Shown here one piece after another: positions 12,717-24,225 of a stretch of DNA of 64,000 nucleotides. The DNA is from Macrostomum hystrix (taxonomy: Eukaryota; Animalia; Platyhelminthes), in assembly GCA_950097015.1 (NCBI GenBank), contig CATNEN010000001.1, positions 10,230,001-10,294,000 of the forward strand, in the 5' to 3' direction. Position 1 is the stretch's first letter, and every line of letters begins with the position of its first letter. The notes beneath the pieces were generated by a model. That model had not been told where the DNA came from and did not search any database. It saw nothing but the letters and a program-made list of their open reading frames with translations. The position numbers and the translations under genes were made by a program.

Positions 12717-15700
12717 ATGCCCGAAACGATGCAAGACGAGGATATAATCAGCCTCCTACGGCAGCAGATGGAAGAAGAGCGCCAACAGCGGAACGCTGAC
12801 CGGCAGATGATGCTCGACCTCATTCGGTCTCTAAAGCCTGCAGCGGACCAGTCCCAGGCTGCAGCTTTGCCGACGCATGTGACGACGTCGACTCCGAGTT
12901 TCTCGCCATTCGACGCCACGTCCGAGCTCTGGCCCGACTACTTGGCCAGATTCTGCACCTTCACGGGCGCGAACTCCATACCCGACGACAAGAAGGCTCA
13001 GGTGTTCCTGACGAACTAGTCTCCGTCTGTCTACAAGCTTCTCTCAAACTTGGCAGCGCAGCAGACGCCGCGGAAGGAGATCAACACGCTCACTATGGAC
13101 GAGATTGAGAAGTTCATGGAAGAACAGTATGACACCAAGCGCTTCATCGTGCGGGAGCGTTTCCGGTTCTGGAGCGACATGCGGCGGAAACCGGGTGAGA
13201 CGATCCAGGAACTGGCTGCGAGAATCCGCCAGGACGCAACCACCTGCGATTTCTCTTCCATCAAAGATCCACTGGACGAGGCGCTGCGCACGCGTTTCAT
13301 CTGCTCAGTGAGGAACGAAGCAGTACTCAAAGCTTTGTTCAAATTAAAGGTGGAAGAGCTCACGTTCGCCCGGGCTGTCGAGATCGCCATCGAGACAGAG
13401 GAAGCCGCCCGAGTCGCCAAGGAGACGGTTTACGGCGACAAATCCAGCCCCGTTAACAAGGTTAAGCAGAAGGTTCGGCGACCCGGAGCCACTTCGGCGA
13501 AATTTACGACAGATTCTACTGCTTCCAGGTCTACTACTGACTCTGCGTCTGGTTCGTGCTACCGCTGCGGAGCGAAGAACCATCGGGCAAACGATTGCCG
13601 ATTCAAAGACGCGACCTGCCGGCACTGCAAAAAGGTGGGTCACCCAGAACCTGTCTGCCGTTCCAACGCCAAAGGATCTGCCCCTGCGGCGAACTTCAAG
13701 AAGCCAGTGAAACAGGTCGAGGAGCATGTGCTTGTACGTGCTGTAGCCCAAACCGAGGACGACCTGCCTAAGCTGGAAGTGTCGATCCACATCCAAGGCA
13801 AGGCTCTCGCCATCGAGGTCGACACTGCGACAAACGGCAACTTCATCACAGAGTCATTCTGGAAGAAGTTGGGGACGCCGCCGCTCGAAGTAGCGAAGTC
13901 ACGCTACGAGTCCGCCAGCCGACACGACTTACCTGTACTAGGTACCTTCGTCGGGAAAACGACATTGCTTGGCTCAGCTCCTGAGCACGACATCCAGTAC
14001 ATCGTCACACAGGTGCCCGGCTTGAATCTACTCGGCCGGACCGCCACGAAGCTGTTGGGAATCTCCGCCGACAAACTGCTCGGCGCTGCCAGCGCCATTC
14101 AAGAAGTCAACGCAGTGTTTGACCACCTGCCGCCGGACGAGGCTCTTCAAAAGGCCTGCCGAAATCTTTGCGACGAATTCCCGGACCTGTGGAAGGACGA
14201 GCTGGGTTGCCTCAAGGACTTCAAGCTCGAGTTGCAGTTTAACCCGGATGCAAAGCCGGTGTTCCGGAAGGCTAGGCCTGTCCCCTTCGCCATCCGCGAG
14301 GAGCTCGAGCGCGCCTACGACGAGGGCATCAGGAGAGGCATCTGGGAGCCTACTGACTTCAATGACTACGGGACGCCCGTGGTCCCCGTGCGAAAGCCCT
14401 CGACCGGCTCAGAGCAGCCGAAACTGCGAGTCTGCGGAGACTACTCGTGCACTATCAACCCGCAGCTGGAAGACAACCGTCACCCGCTGCCCCTCCCAGA
14501 GGAACTGCTACAGAAGCTGGGAGGCAGCTACTGCTTCTCAAAGGTAGATCTGGCCGACGCCTACAACCAGATCGAGTTGGGACCGATGAGTCAGAGGCGC
14601 CTGGCACTGAGCACCCACCGGGGTGTGCTTCTTCAGAAGCGGCTCGCTTTCGGCCCGAAGTCTGCAGTGGGTGAGTTCCAGTTCATCATGGAAATGGTAG
14701 CCGGTGATCTGCCCGGAGTCGTTTTCTACTTGGACGACTACCTGGTCGGCGGCGCGACCGCTGATGAGCATCTCGCAAACCTACGCCGGCTTTTCCAACG
14801 CCTTTCTGACAAGGGACTTCGCTGCCGACGGGAGAAGTGCAAATTCGCCATGCCCAGCATCGAGTACCTTGGCTATGTACTGTCGAAAGAAGGCATCGCC
14901 AAGGGAACCAAGGTGGACGCTGTCCGCGAAATGCCTCCACCAAAGGACGTGTCCAGCCTCCGGTCATTCCTCGGCTCGGTCCAGTTCTACGCAAAGTTTC
15001 TGCCGCCAAGCATGGCCACGATCTCTGAGCCGCTGTACCGACTCACCAGGAAGGACGCACCATGGACATGGGGCGACGCGGAGCAGCGGGCCTTCGAACA
15101 GATCAAGGAGGAGCTCTCGTCGGACAACGTGCTGGTCCACTACAATGCCGACCTCCCTCTCGGGCTCTCCTGCGACGCATCCAACGTCGGGATCGGCGCC
15201 GTCCTGTTCCACCGCTACCCGGATGGTAGCGAGCGGCCGATCGCCAACGCTTCAAAGTCTCTGACGGATGCTCAGCGCCGCTATCCTCAGATTCAGAAGG
15301 AAGCCCTTTCAATCATCTTCGGCCTAAAGAAGTTTTTCCAATACTTGTTCAACCGCAAGTTCATCCTGGTCACGGACCATAAGCCGTTGATTTCTCTATT
15401 CGGGCCCGAGAAGGAGACACCAGTAATGGCGGCAAACCGGCTGGCACGGTGGGCTAACCTGCTCCACAACTTCACCTACGAAGTCGAGTACCGCCAGACC
15501 AAGAGTCACGGAAACGCGGATGCCCTGAGTCGCCTGCCAATGGGAGACGACCCAGATTTCGACGGGGAGGAGAGCGCAGCCGACTTCGACACGGTCTGCG
15601 CGATCAAGGTCCTAAGCTTGCAAATCCAGCCGGCTGACGCCTCAGCCGTGGCCAAAGAATCATCGAGGGACCCGGTGATCTCCACCGTCATGCGCTACTG

Positions 15701-16979
15701 TCGAGAAGGATGGCCACCAGACAGGCGAGACGAAGACGCCGAGGTGGCCCGCTTACGGAAGGTCAAAGATTCGCTCTCCTGCTGCAACGGATGTCTTCTG
15801 CATGGCTGTCGTCTTGTGATTCCTCGGAACCTCCGGAATGAGGTGCTGAAAATCCTCCACCTCGGACACTTTGGAATACAGAGGATGAAGCAGCTGGCTC
15901 GATCGGCAGTCTACTGGCCGAACATCGACGACGACGTCTAGCACCTGTGCCACGGCTGCCACAGCTGTGCTGAGCACCAAAATCATCCGCCAAAGGCCGC
16001 CGTTCATCCGTGGATGATGCCTGAGAAGCCTTGGAGTCGCCTACATCTGGATCACGCAGTCAACTTCCTCGGCACCAACTGGCTAGTGCTCACGGACGCC
16101 TACTCGAAGTACCCGTGCATACACCCGACGCAATCCATGTCAACGCGGGCAACGATCGAGCTTCTGGAAGAAGACTTTGCCCACTTCGGCTACCCTCACG
16201 CCATCGTCACTGACAATGCAGCGGCATTCATGGCTGAGGAGTTTCAAGCTTGGTGTCGCGAACACGGCATCGCGCACCTCACAGGAGCTCCGTATCATCC
16301 TGCAACAAACGGAGCGGCCGAACGACTGGTTCAGACCTTCAAGAAGGCCCTGAAGAAATCCAGCCTGCCACCTGCCAGGGCGCTACAGCAGTTCCTGATG
16401 CAGTACCGACGGACTCCTGCGGTCAACGGCTACTCTCCGAGCGAACTCCTAAATGGCCGGCAGATCAGGACGCAGATTGATACTCTGCTGCCATCTCCAG
16501 CCCATCTCGCCCAGGATCGCCAAGTCAAGCAGGCCGAAGAGTCCAGAGCTCGAAAAAAGGTGTCTCGCGTCCGAGAAGGCTACAACGTCGGAGATCCGGT
16601 CTACGCTCGCTACTACGGACCACGCCGCGAGAAGGAAGGCCGCTGGGTTCCGGCAGTGGTCACCAAGCGGCACGGCAGCCGCAGCGTCAACGTCAAGGTT
16701 GTCCCAAGCGGCCCGGTGTGGCGACGGCACTTCGACCAGCTTCAACCGCGACACGTGTCCGCGGAAGACAGCGAGCCAGGATCACTGCCGACTCAACAAA
16801 ACGAAACGGCCGGCCACCTGATGCTGCCGGCCACACCAGCGGTGGCACATCCAGGATCTCGACCCAGGCCTCCAGGATGGCGAGCGCCGGACCAAGTCCA
16901 ACACCCGCCGCCCTACGGACCAGATAATCCACGACGGTCGGCTAGGCAGCGAAAGCCACGGCTACAAATGGACTTATAG
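12717..16979 (+). pseudogene. Gag-Pol (two CCHC knuckles, protease, RT, RNase H, integrase) with two in-frame TAG stops
   Basis: ORFs 12717-13019, 13050-15941 and 16014-16979 share one frame. Motifs CYRCGAKNHRANDC and CRHCKKVGHPEPVC, EVDTA, FYLDD, CDASNVGIGAVL, HLGHFG..C..C, VTDNA, NGAAERLV. Confidence 0.92.
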
Positions 16980-17017
16980 ACTTTCTATCAGCTGTACTCA
17001 CAGTTTTGGTGGGGAGG

Positions 17018-17350
17018 TGTTGTGGGTTTCGTTACGATAATTCCGTAAATAGTTTTCCAGAACTTTCTACCACTTGTTATAACACTCTGTTGTTTCCAGA
17101 ATCTTCTCTGCGCCTCCCCCGCGGGCTATCTATGAGAACTTCTAGAAAGTTCTCCCACTCGCTCCCCAGGCTATAAATAGAAACCCCCGCGCGGTGCACA
17201 CACTCAAAAAACCTTTCCAGTATTTAATAATACTGCTGTTACAAATATACGCTTATCCAGTCGACTGCCGAGTGCTCCTTTCGGCGCTATACTTACATTT
17301 ACCGACACTACAATTGGAATCTCTGTATTCGTTACTTCAAGAATACAACA
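17018..17350 (+). repeat. 3' LTR (333 bp)
   Basis: Direct repeat of 12284-12617, followed by TSD AAATT. Confidence 0.95.
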
Positions 17351-17667
17351 AAATTTAAACGCTGTTTTGCCCTTTTTGTGCAGTATGTGTTTTAAAGAAT
17401 CTTTTGGCTGACTATTTTCGCTTCTACCTTTCTTTTAAGTTACTTTTATGCTTTAAAAAGAACTATTTAATGATTTCTGCCTTACTGGTCTTTATTTAAA
17501 ACTTTATGGATTACATGTAATGAAAAAAATAAGCACAATGTTTGGTGCAACGATAAATCGATGACTTTCGTTACGGGTGCTAATAATTTTGACTTTTGCT
17601 GAGTATTTGTAATATTGACGTTCACCCTTTTGGTTTTTGAAGCTTTGCAGATAAAATTTGGGGACCT

Positions 17668-18806
17668 TGTAGTGTCAGCTTGTTTGCCCGTGTTATTATT
17701 CAGTACTTATTTTTAGACGTGTTTTTGCTAAGAGTTCACCCACGCCAAGCCGGGCTGGACCAGCTGGGGGAACGGACGCCCACCACCCCGCGAGCGCTAC
17801 CCCTGGGCTACGGTCCCGGCCAATCAGCGAGCGACCCGGCCTCACTACCTGTCTACCCTCGGCAAGAAGCGACCCCGGGGCTCAGAACGGCGGTCGCAAG
17901 TCTACTGATTTGTCGCCTTGGCTCAAGCTACAGCCAGGCATCCACCTCGCCGATCGACCTAATTTGGGGTTAAAATGACTCTATATAACGAAGCGTGTTT
18001 TTGTAGTCCAAATTATCTTTTCTTCGCAATTCGCCTCACACTGTGAGAAGCACGTGCAAATTATCGTTCTCCGCAATTCGCCTCACACTGTGAAAAGCAC
18101 GTGCAACTAGTCCACTTGTTTTGTCCCTCCCCGCCCGACCACACTCCGCTTGTTCAGTTAGGTAGCTTTCGGCGCTACGCGTCTTGAGAGTGCGCCGCTG
18201 ACAAGGGTGGTCTAGATAGGCGCTTGTTGTCGAAGTCAGTACGTGCTCTCTTCGGAGACTCCGCCGTCAGGCAGAAGGAGTGCCAACCGATAGGATCTGT
18301 CGGGGCAGCGCTGAAAGCAGAGACAACCGGAGCCTCTCGGGAAGAGTAGGGCGCGGATGTAGGCCAGTTTAAGTAAAAATTGTTATATCCAAATTGTTAG
18401 ACCAGACTTGCTTCTCACTGTGAGCGCGCTATAATTTATTTCCGTGTGAACATCTATTCTGTCAGTATAACCTTTAAGTCAAGTAAAATATATTCAAAGT
18501 AATTCCTATTCGTATCTGGAATCTTAGTCACAGTCGATTAACTCACTCCTAATCAAATTATTCGAGTCTTCGCGTTCATACTGTGTTATTCTTTTTCATT
18601 GGGAGTTTCGCCGGGCCGGAGGACGACACGCGGGTCTCATCGCTTATCTATTCCACTTCGCTCGCTACCGCATTCTCTAACGCTATTTAATTCCAGATTT
18701 CCCTGCTGCTATTGAAACGATTGGTAGGACACCGACCCCGGTGAATAGTGAATAGTCGCTAGCTTTAAATTCCTCACGCTCCAGCTAGGACATTCATTTT
18801 ATTACA
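17668..18806. mobile_element. Probable solo LTR (1.14 kb) of a second retrotransposon family
   Basis: TGTAGT...ATTACA termini with 4-bp direct repeat ACCT on both sides; internal ~48-bp duplication (18011-18107); no coding capacity. Confidence 0.55.
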
Positions 18807-19319
18807 ACCTGGTGGACCCGTCGTTAGAAAATGGAGCGATTTGCTAGCTCGCGATATATTTGCTCGTAGCTCGTTGCTAACATTGCGTTGCGAATTTGAT
18901 CGCTACGATGGCCATTGCTTAAGTAAGTAAGCACATGAAGCTGCAGTCTGCAGCCAAAAAAGTATTCGAACGAAAGAATATACTAATAAATAGTAATTCT
19001 TCATGTGGTGAAACTGGTAGCACGTCAGCCTGACAACTGCGGGTCGTTGGTTCGACTCATTTTTTTAATTAGTGATTATATGTTTTGCAGAACAACAAGA
19101 ACATCATATAAGCCTACTCATTTCTTAATCCAGGCTGAGTAAGAAAAAAAGCGGTTTTACGCTGATTTACGTAAATATCAGCACTATACAGTACACTCGA
19201 AGCACTGAAGGAATCACATACAGTAGGATAGCCTATATGTTTTGAAAAACTATTTGTCTTGCATGGCAATAATGCTTTTGGTTGGCTGGCCCAACGTCAC
19301 CTTCCTATCCCATATCCGA

Positions 19320-19495
19320 GGCCCATGAGCTGCGATCGGCTAGCCCAGCTCACCTCACCAGGAGCGCACCCCGGCTGGGCCCATGAGCTGCAATCGGCTA
19401 GCCCAGCTCACCTCACCAGGAGCGCACCCCGGCTGGGCCCATGAGCTGCAATCGGCTAGCCCAGCTCACCTCACCAGGAGCGCACCCTGGCTGGG
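19320..19495. repeat. ~58-bp GC-rich tandem repeat, 3 copies
   Basis: gcccatgagctgc(g/a)atcggctagcccagctcacctcaccaggagcgcacccc.. repeated three times. Confidence 0.9.
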
Positions 19496-20060
19496 GTGGG
19501 GTCAGTGGGGTTTTCTACATTCGATGCGTATTGTTTGCGCGCGTACACGTAATTTTACTAAGACATGCATTTCTTCATTCTAAATGGGATTAAAGTTCGA
19601 AAAACAATATTTTTTGCCCATATTATCAAAGGTCAAATCTTGGCCTATTGAGAATTTCACTGACTGCCGCTGAATTGTAATTGCATCGTCAACTTGCGCA
19701 ACACCCCCTAGCTGACTGAGTAAGAAGCCTGCACGATCTGGACACAAATTTGAAATAAATGTACACAACCTAAGTGTACTCTATTTTCTCACTTCATTGT
19801 ACAAAGCCAGAACTTAGAGAATTCATTTTATAAGGCAGATTTTTGCATCCACAATCAAGCAGTCGGAGCAGCCGATGTGTAGGCACTAGGAATCGGTTAG
19901 GCTAGGCTAGGCGAAGTGTCCTTGGTTCGACTCTGCACTGCGTCAAATCATTTTTAAACTAATTGTCAGTCAGTAGTGATGGATGCGAAGCACATCTTAT
20001 ATATTTAATTTTGAAAATAAAGGGGAAACTTTAAATTCACTTTTGCATGACAAAACGATA

Positions 20061-20322
20061 GTTTGAATCATGGCTAAACCAGAGTTTGAATCATGGCTAA
20101 ACCAGAGTTTGAATCATGGCTAAACCAGAGTTTGAATCATGGCTAAACCAGAGTTTGAATCATGGCTAAACCAGAGTTTGAATCATGGCTAAACCAGAGT
20201 TTGAATCATGGCTAAACCAGAGTTTGAATCATGGCTAAACCAGAGTTTGAATCATGGCTAAACCAGAGTTTGAATCATGGCTAAACCAGAGTTTGAATCA
20301 TGGCTAAAACAGAATTTGAATC
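20061..20322. repeat. 23-bp minisatellite (gtttgaatcatggctaaaccaga), ~11 copies
   Basis: Near-perfect tandem copies. Confidence 0.95.
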
Positions 20323-20454
20323 AAATTTTCTTTTTTCATTGATTTGAATTCTCTACATTTTGATTTTGTTATCTTTGTTATCTATAACGTCATAATGATA
20401 TATATTTGTATGATAATTTTCATTTAATTATTGTTCTTCTCAATTTCTACAAAA

Positions 20455-21025
20455 GCAGCTGGGGAACATTGTCAACTGGGGATCATCATAAATGGGGGGT
20501 CGTCATCAAATGGGGGATCATGGTCAACTGGGAGATCATTGTCAACTGGGGGATCATCATCAACTGGGTGATCATCATCAACTGGGGGATCATCGTGAAC
20601 TGGGGGATCATTGTCAACTGGGGGGATCATTGTCAACTGGGGGATCATTGTCAACTGGGGGGATCATTGTCAACTGGGGGATCATTGTCAACTGGGGGTT
20701 CATTGTCAACTGGGTGATCATCATCAACTGGGGGATCATTGTCAACTGGGGGATCATTGTCGACTGGTGGATCATTGTCAACTGAGGGGGTTCATTGTCA
20801 ACTGGGTGATCATCATCAACTGGGGGATCATTGTCAACTGGGGGATCATCGTCAACTGGGGGATCATTGTCAACTGAGGGGGTTCATTGTCAACTGGGTG
20901 ATCATCATCAACTGGGGGATCATTGTCAACTGGGTAATCATTGTCAACTGGGGGATCATTGTGAACTGGGTGATCATCATCAACTGGAGGATCATAATCA
21001 ACTGGGGGGATCATGGTCAACTGGT
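20455..21025. repeat. 18-19-bp minisatellite (ggatcattgtcaactggg)
   Basis: Tandem degenerate copies. Confidence 0.95.
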
Positions 21026-21052
21026 TCTCTGCTGCTGGGGGGAATTAGTTCT

Positions 21053-22110
21053 CTAACAGTGTGTTTAACAGTTTTATAAATGTGTTTAACAATTTTCTAA
21101 AAGTGTTTAACGGTTTTCTAGATGTGTTTAACAGTTTTCTAACTGTGTCTAAAAGTTTTCTAAGTGTGTTTATAAGATTTCTAAATGTTTTAACAGTTTT
21201 CTAAACGTGTTTATCAGTTTTCTAAAAGTGTTTATCGGTTTTCTAAATGTGTTTAGCAGTTTTCTAAATGTTTTTATCAGTTTTCTAAAAGTGTTAAACA
21301 GTTTTCTAAAAGTGTTAAACAGTTTTCTAAAAGTGTCTAAAAGTTTTCAAAGTGTGTTTATCAGATTTCTAAATGTTTTAACAGTTTTCTAAACGTGTTT
21401 ATCAATTTTCTAAAAGTGTTTAACGGTTTTCTAGATGTGTTTAACAGTTTTCTAACTGTGTCTAAAAGTTTTCTAAGTGTGTTTATCAGATTTCTAAATG
21501 TTTTAACAGTTTTCTAAACGTGTTTATCAATTTTCTAAAAGTGTTTATCGCTTTTCTAAATGTGTTAAACAGTTTTCTAAATGTGTTAAACAATTTTCTA
21601 AATGTGCTTAACAGGTTTCTAAAAGTGGTTAGCAGTTTTCTCAATGTGTTTAATAGTTATGTAAATGTGTTTAACAGGTTTCTAAAGTGTTTAATTGTAT
21701 TCTAGATGGGTTTAACATGTTTCTAAATGTGTTTAATATTTTTCTAAACGAGTTGAACAGGTTTCTAAATGTGTTTATCGGTTTTCTAAATGTTTCTTAA
21801 AGTATTCTAAGTGTGTTTAATAGTTTTCTAAATGTGTTTATCGGTTTTCTAAATGTGTTTAACAGTTTTCTAAGTATGTTTATCTGTTTTCTAAATGTGT
21901 TTATCGGTTTTCTAAATGTGTTTAACAGTTTTCTAAATTTGTTAAATCGTTTCTTAAGGTGTAAATCGTTTTTCTAAATGTGTTCAAGATATTTCTAAAT
22001 GTGTCCAGTAGTTTTCTAATGTGTTAGACAGTTTTTTAAATGTGTTTATTAATTTTTCAGATGATTACAAAAAGTTTTCTAAATGCGTCTAAAAGTTTTT
22101 TTAATTCGTT
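21053..22110. repeat. 21-bp AT-rich minisatellite (tgtgtttaacagttttctaaa)
   Basis: Tandem degenerate copies; same unit at 1-41. Confidence 0.95.
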
Positions 22111-22129
22111 TATTGGTTAAAAACGGTTA

Positions 22130-22790
22130 TTTGCTGCTGGGGGGAATTAGTTCTCTGCTGCTGGGGGGGGGGGAATTAGATTTCTGCAGATGGGGGGGAA
22201 TTAGATTTCTGCTGCTGGAGGGGAATTGGTTCTCTGCTGCTGGGGGGAATTAGTTCACTGCTGCTGGGGGGAACTAGTTCTCTGCTGCTGGGGGGAATTA
22301 GTTCTCTGCTAACTGGGGGGAACTAGTTCTCTGCTACTGGGGGGGAATTAATTCTCTGCTGCTGAGGGGGGAATTAGTTCTCTGCAGCTGGGGGGGGGGA
22401 ATTAATTCTCTGCTGCTGAGGGGGGAATTAGTTCTCTGCTGCTGGGGGGGGAATTAGTTCTTTGCAGCTGGGGGGGATTAGTTCTTTGCAGCTGGGGGGG
22501 GGAATTAGTTCTTTGCTGCTGGGGGGGGATTAGTTCTCTGCTGCTGGGGGGAATTAGTTCTTTGCTGCTGGGGGGTATTAGTTCTCTGCTGCTGGGGGGG
22601 AATTAGCTCTCTGCTGCTGGGGGGAATTAGGCGGGAATTAGTTCTCTGCTGCTGGGGGGGAATTAGTTCTCTGCTGCTCTGGGGGGATTAGTTCTCTGCT
22701 GCTGGGGGGGGAATTATAGTTCTCTGCTGCTGGGGGGAATTAGTTCTCTGCTACTGGCGGGGAATTTGTGCTCTGCTGCTGGGGGGACAT
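22130..22790. repeat. ~24-26-bp minisatellite (ttagttctctgctgctgGnaa)
   Basis: Tandem copies with a variable G-run. Confidence 0.95.
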
Positions 22791-23139
22791 TGGTTTTTTA
22801 CTTTTTACTGATAAGGGGATAGTATTCACATGTACCTTAGTAGCATTAACCTGAGTTGTATCAAATGTAAGTTACTTGTGTAATTTTGCCCCAATAGGGC
22901 TCTTGGTGTACATACCGGATGTCTCAGAATGTATTCAAGCTCAGACTGACTATTTTTGTATTTAGTGAGAATTTAAATTCTCTTTGATTCGCAATCACGT
23001 ATATTCGCAATCAGGGAGATTAATACTGACGAAATGAGTCTTCGTTTTTGTTTCCTTTCAGGTGTGTTTTGTCCCTATGCATTGCACAAGATTTTTTGTC
23101 TGAACAGTTGTGCCCCCCAAGGGGGGCTTAGTGTGCTAG

Positions 23140-23410
23140 TCTACTATACTAAAAATGTAAATTTTGCTTGTGGGTTCACTTTTCCACAAGAAAAAAACGG
23201 CTGAACCGATTTTCACCATTCTTTCGCCAAAATATGCCAAATATAGGGACAATTATAAACTTATTTTTATTAAGCTTAACTTTATTGCCAAGGGGATTAA
23301 ATATTCCAAAAACAAGATTTTTTGCACGTTTTTTCAAAGGTCAAACCATCTTGGCCTATTGAGAATGGGATTCATTTCATTGATGGGATTCCACATTCCC
23401 AACTTTTAGT
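23140..23410 (+). mobile_element. 5' part of a second Helitron-like copy, head-to-tail with the previous one
   Basis: Begins TCTACTATACTAAAA immediately after CTAG; contains aacggctgaaccgattt; shares sequence with 19585-19655. 3' end unclear. Confidence 0.55.
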
Positions 23411-23840
23411 TGCGCATCTTTTGAAACAAAAATAAAGTCGGCAGCTCTTCAGACCGTCGAGATATTCATTGGTTCTGGCCGTCTGATGTTTCCCATAAGA
23501 GCTAGTGTATTTCACACTCTTATACACGAATTCGCACTGCGCCTCAGTGCGGCCTTGACAGGCCTTTAAACTTTATCAGCACGCCACCCGAACGTGCCTG
23601 CATCATCTTCGACTCGGCTGCTAGTCACGCATTGGCACCCTGATGCAAAGTTCTCGCATTCGTTGATCAAGCCTCAACATGGGACGAAGCTCAATCAAAA
23701 GAGCCTCGCCTATTTTATCAACCAATCAGCCACCACCCCTACGCCATCAGAGCCGTCAGCAGAGTTCCTTCAGCTGGCTATGGAGTTCTACTAGCCAATT
23801 ATTCCACTTGCGCTGATGAAGCGTCCAAACTCAACTATTA

Positions 23841-24225
23841 CCGTGCGCAAAAAGTATCCGGACAGAATCTGGTTGGCTTTGCTTTCCGAGAGTTTGACAT
23901 ACTCCGGCAATTTAAAGCATCATTTTTATAATATGTCTATGGCCCAACTTCTGCCTGGAATTTTAACCCTGATGTGCAAAATGGACTCATGCTGTTCACC
24001 CTTTTATTTCGAAAGCTTCGTTTTCAATACGAGGATTTTTGTCTCCCTTTCCAGGTGAAAATAGACCGACCTGTTGCATTGGCCACTTTGCTGAAAAACG
24101 AGCTACGACAATTTGTTGCATTGAGTTGCGATGCGAAAATTCATGGATTTGGGACCAACACGTGCATATTTATCTGTCCTTCTCTGCAGCGCATGCAAGT
24201 GTCCGGATACTTTTTGCGCACCCGG
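23841..24225. mobile_element. Tc1/mariner-type MITE (385 bp)
   Basis: TIRs ccg(gg)tgcgcaaaaagtatccggaca at both ends, flanked by TA on each side. Confidence 0.85.

Larger units (their letters stand above)
12284..17350 (+). mobile_element. Full-length Ty3/Gypsy LTR retrotransposon (Mag-like clade)
   Basis: LTRs 12284-12617 and 17018-17350 (TG..CA), 5-bp TSD AAATT, PBS and PPT (ggtggggagg 17008-17017), single gag-pol frame. Confidence 0.95.
19585..23139 (+). mobile_element. Non-autonomous Helitron-like element built from four successive minisatellite blocks
   Basis: 3' hairpin gcccccc-aa-ggggggc (23112-23127) plus CTAG (23136-23139). Tail homologous to 410-589; 19585-19655 homologous to 23291-23365 of the next copy. 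5' end not located. Confidence 0.65.

Noticed and set aside
10034-15941. Three in-frame TAG codons in transposon genes as evidence of stop-codon reassignment
   Set aside because: TAG ends the synaptophysin and gag-pol frames normally, and the host genes show no internal TAG; ordinary nonsense mutations suffice.
13031-16932. Antisense and alternate-frame ORFs over gag-pol and over the hAT transposase
   Set aside because: Shadow ORFs of GC-rich coding sequence with no motifs.
19005-19058. tRNA gene (A-box and GGTTCGACTC B-box)
   Set aside because: No complete acceptor stem; likely a decayed SINE head. The same applies to the SINE A and B heads.
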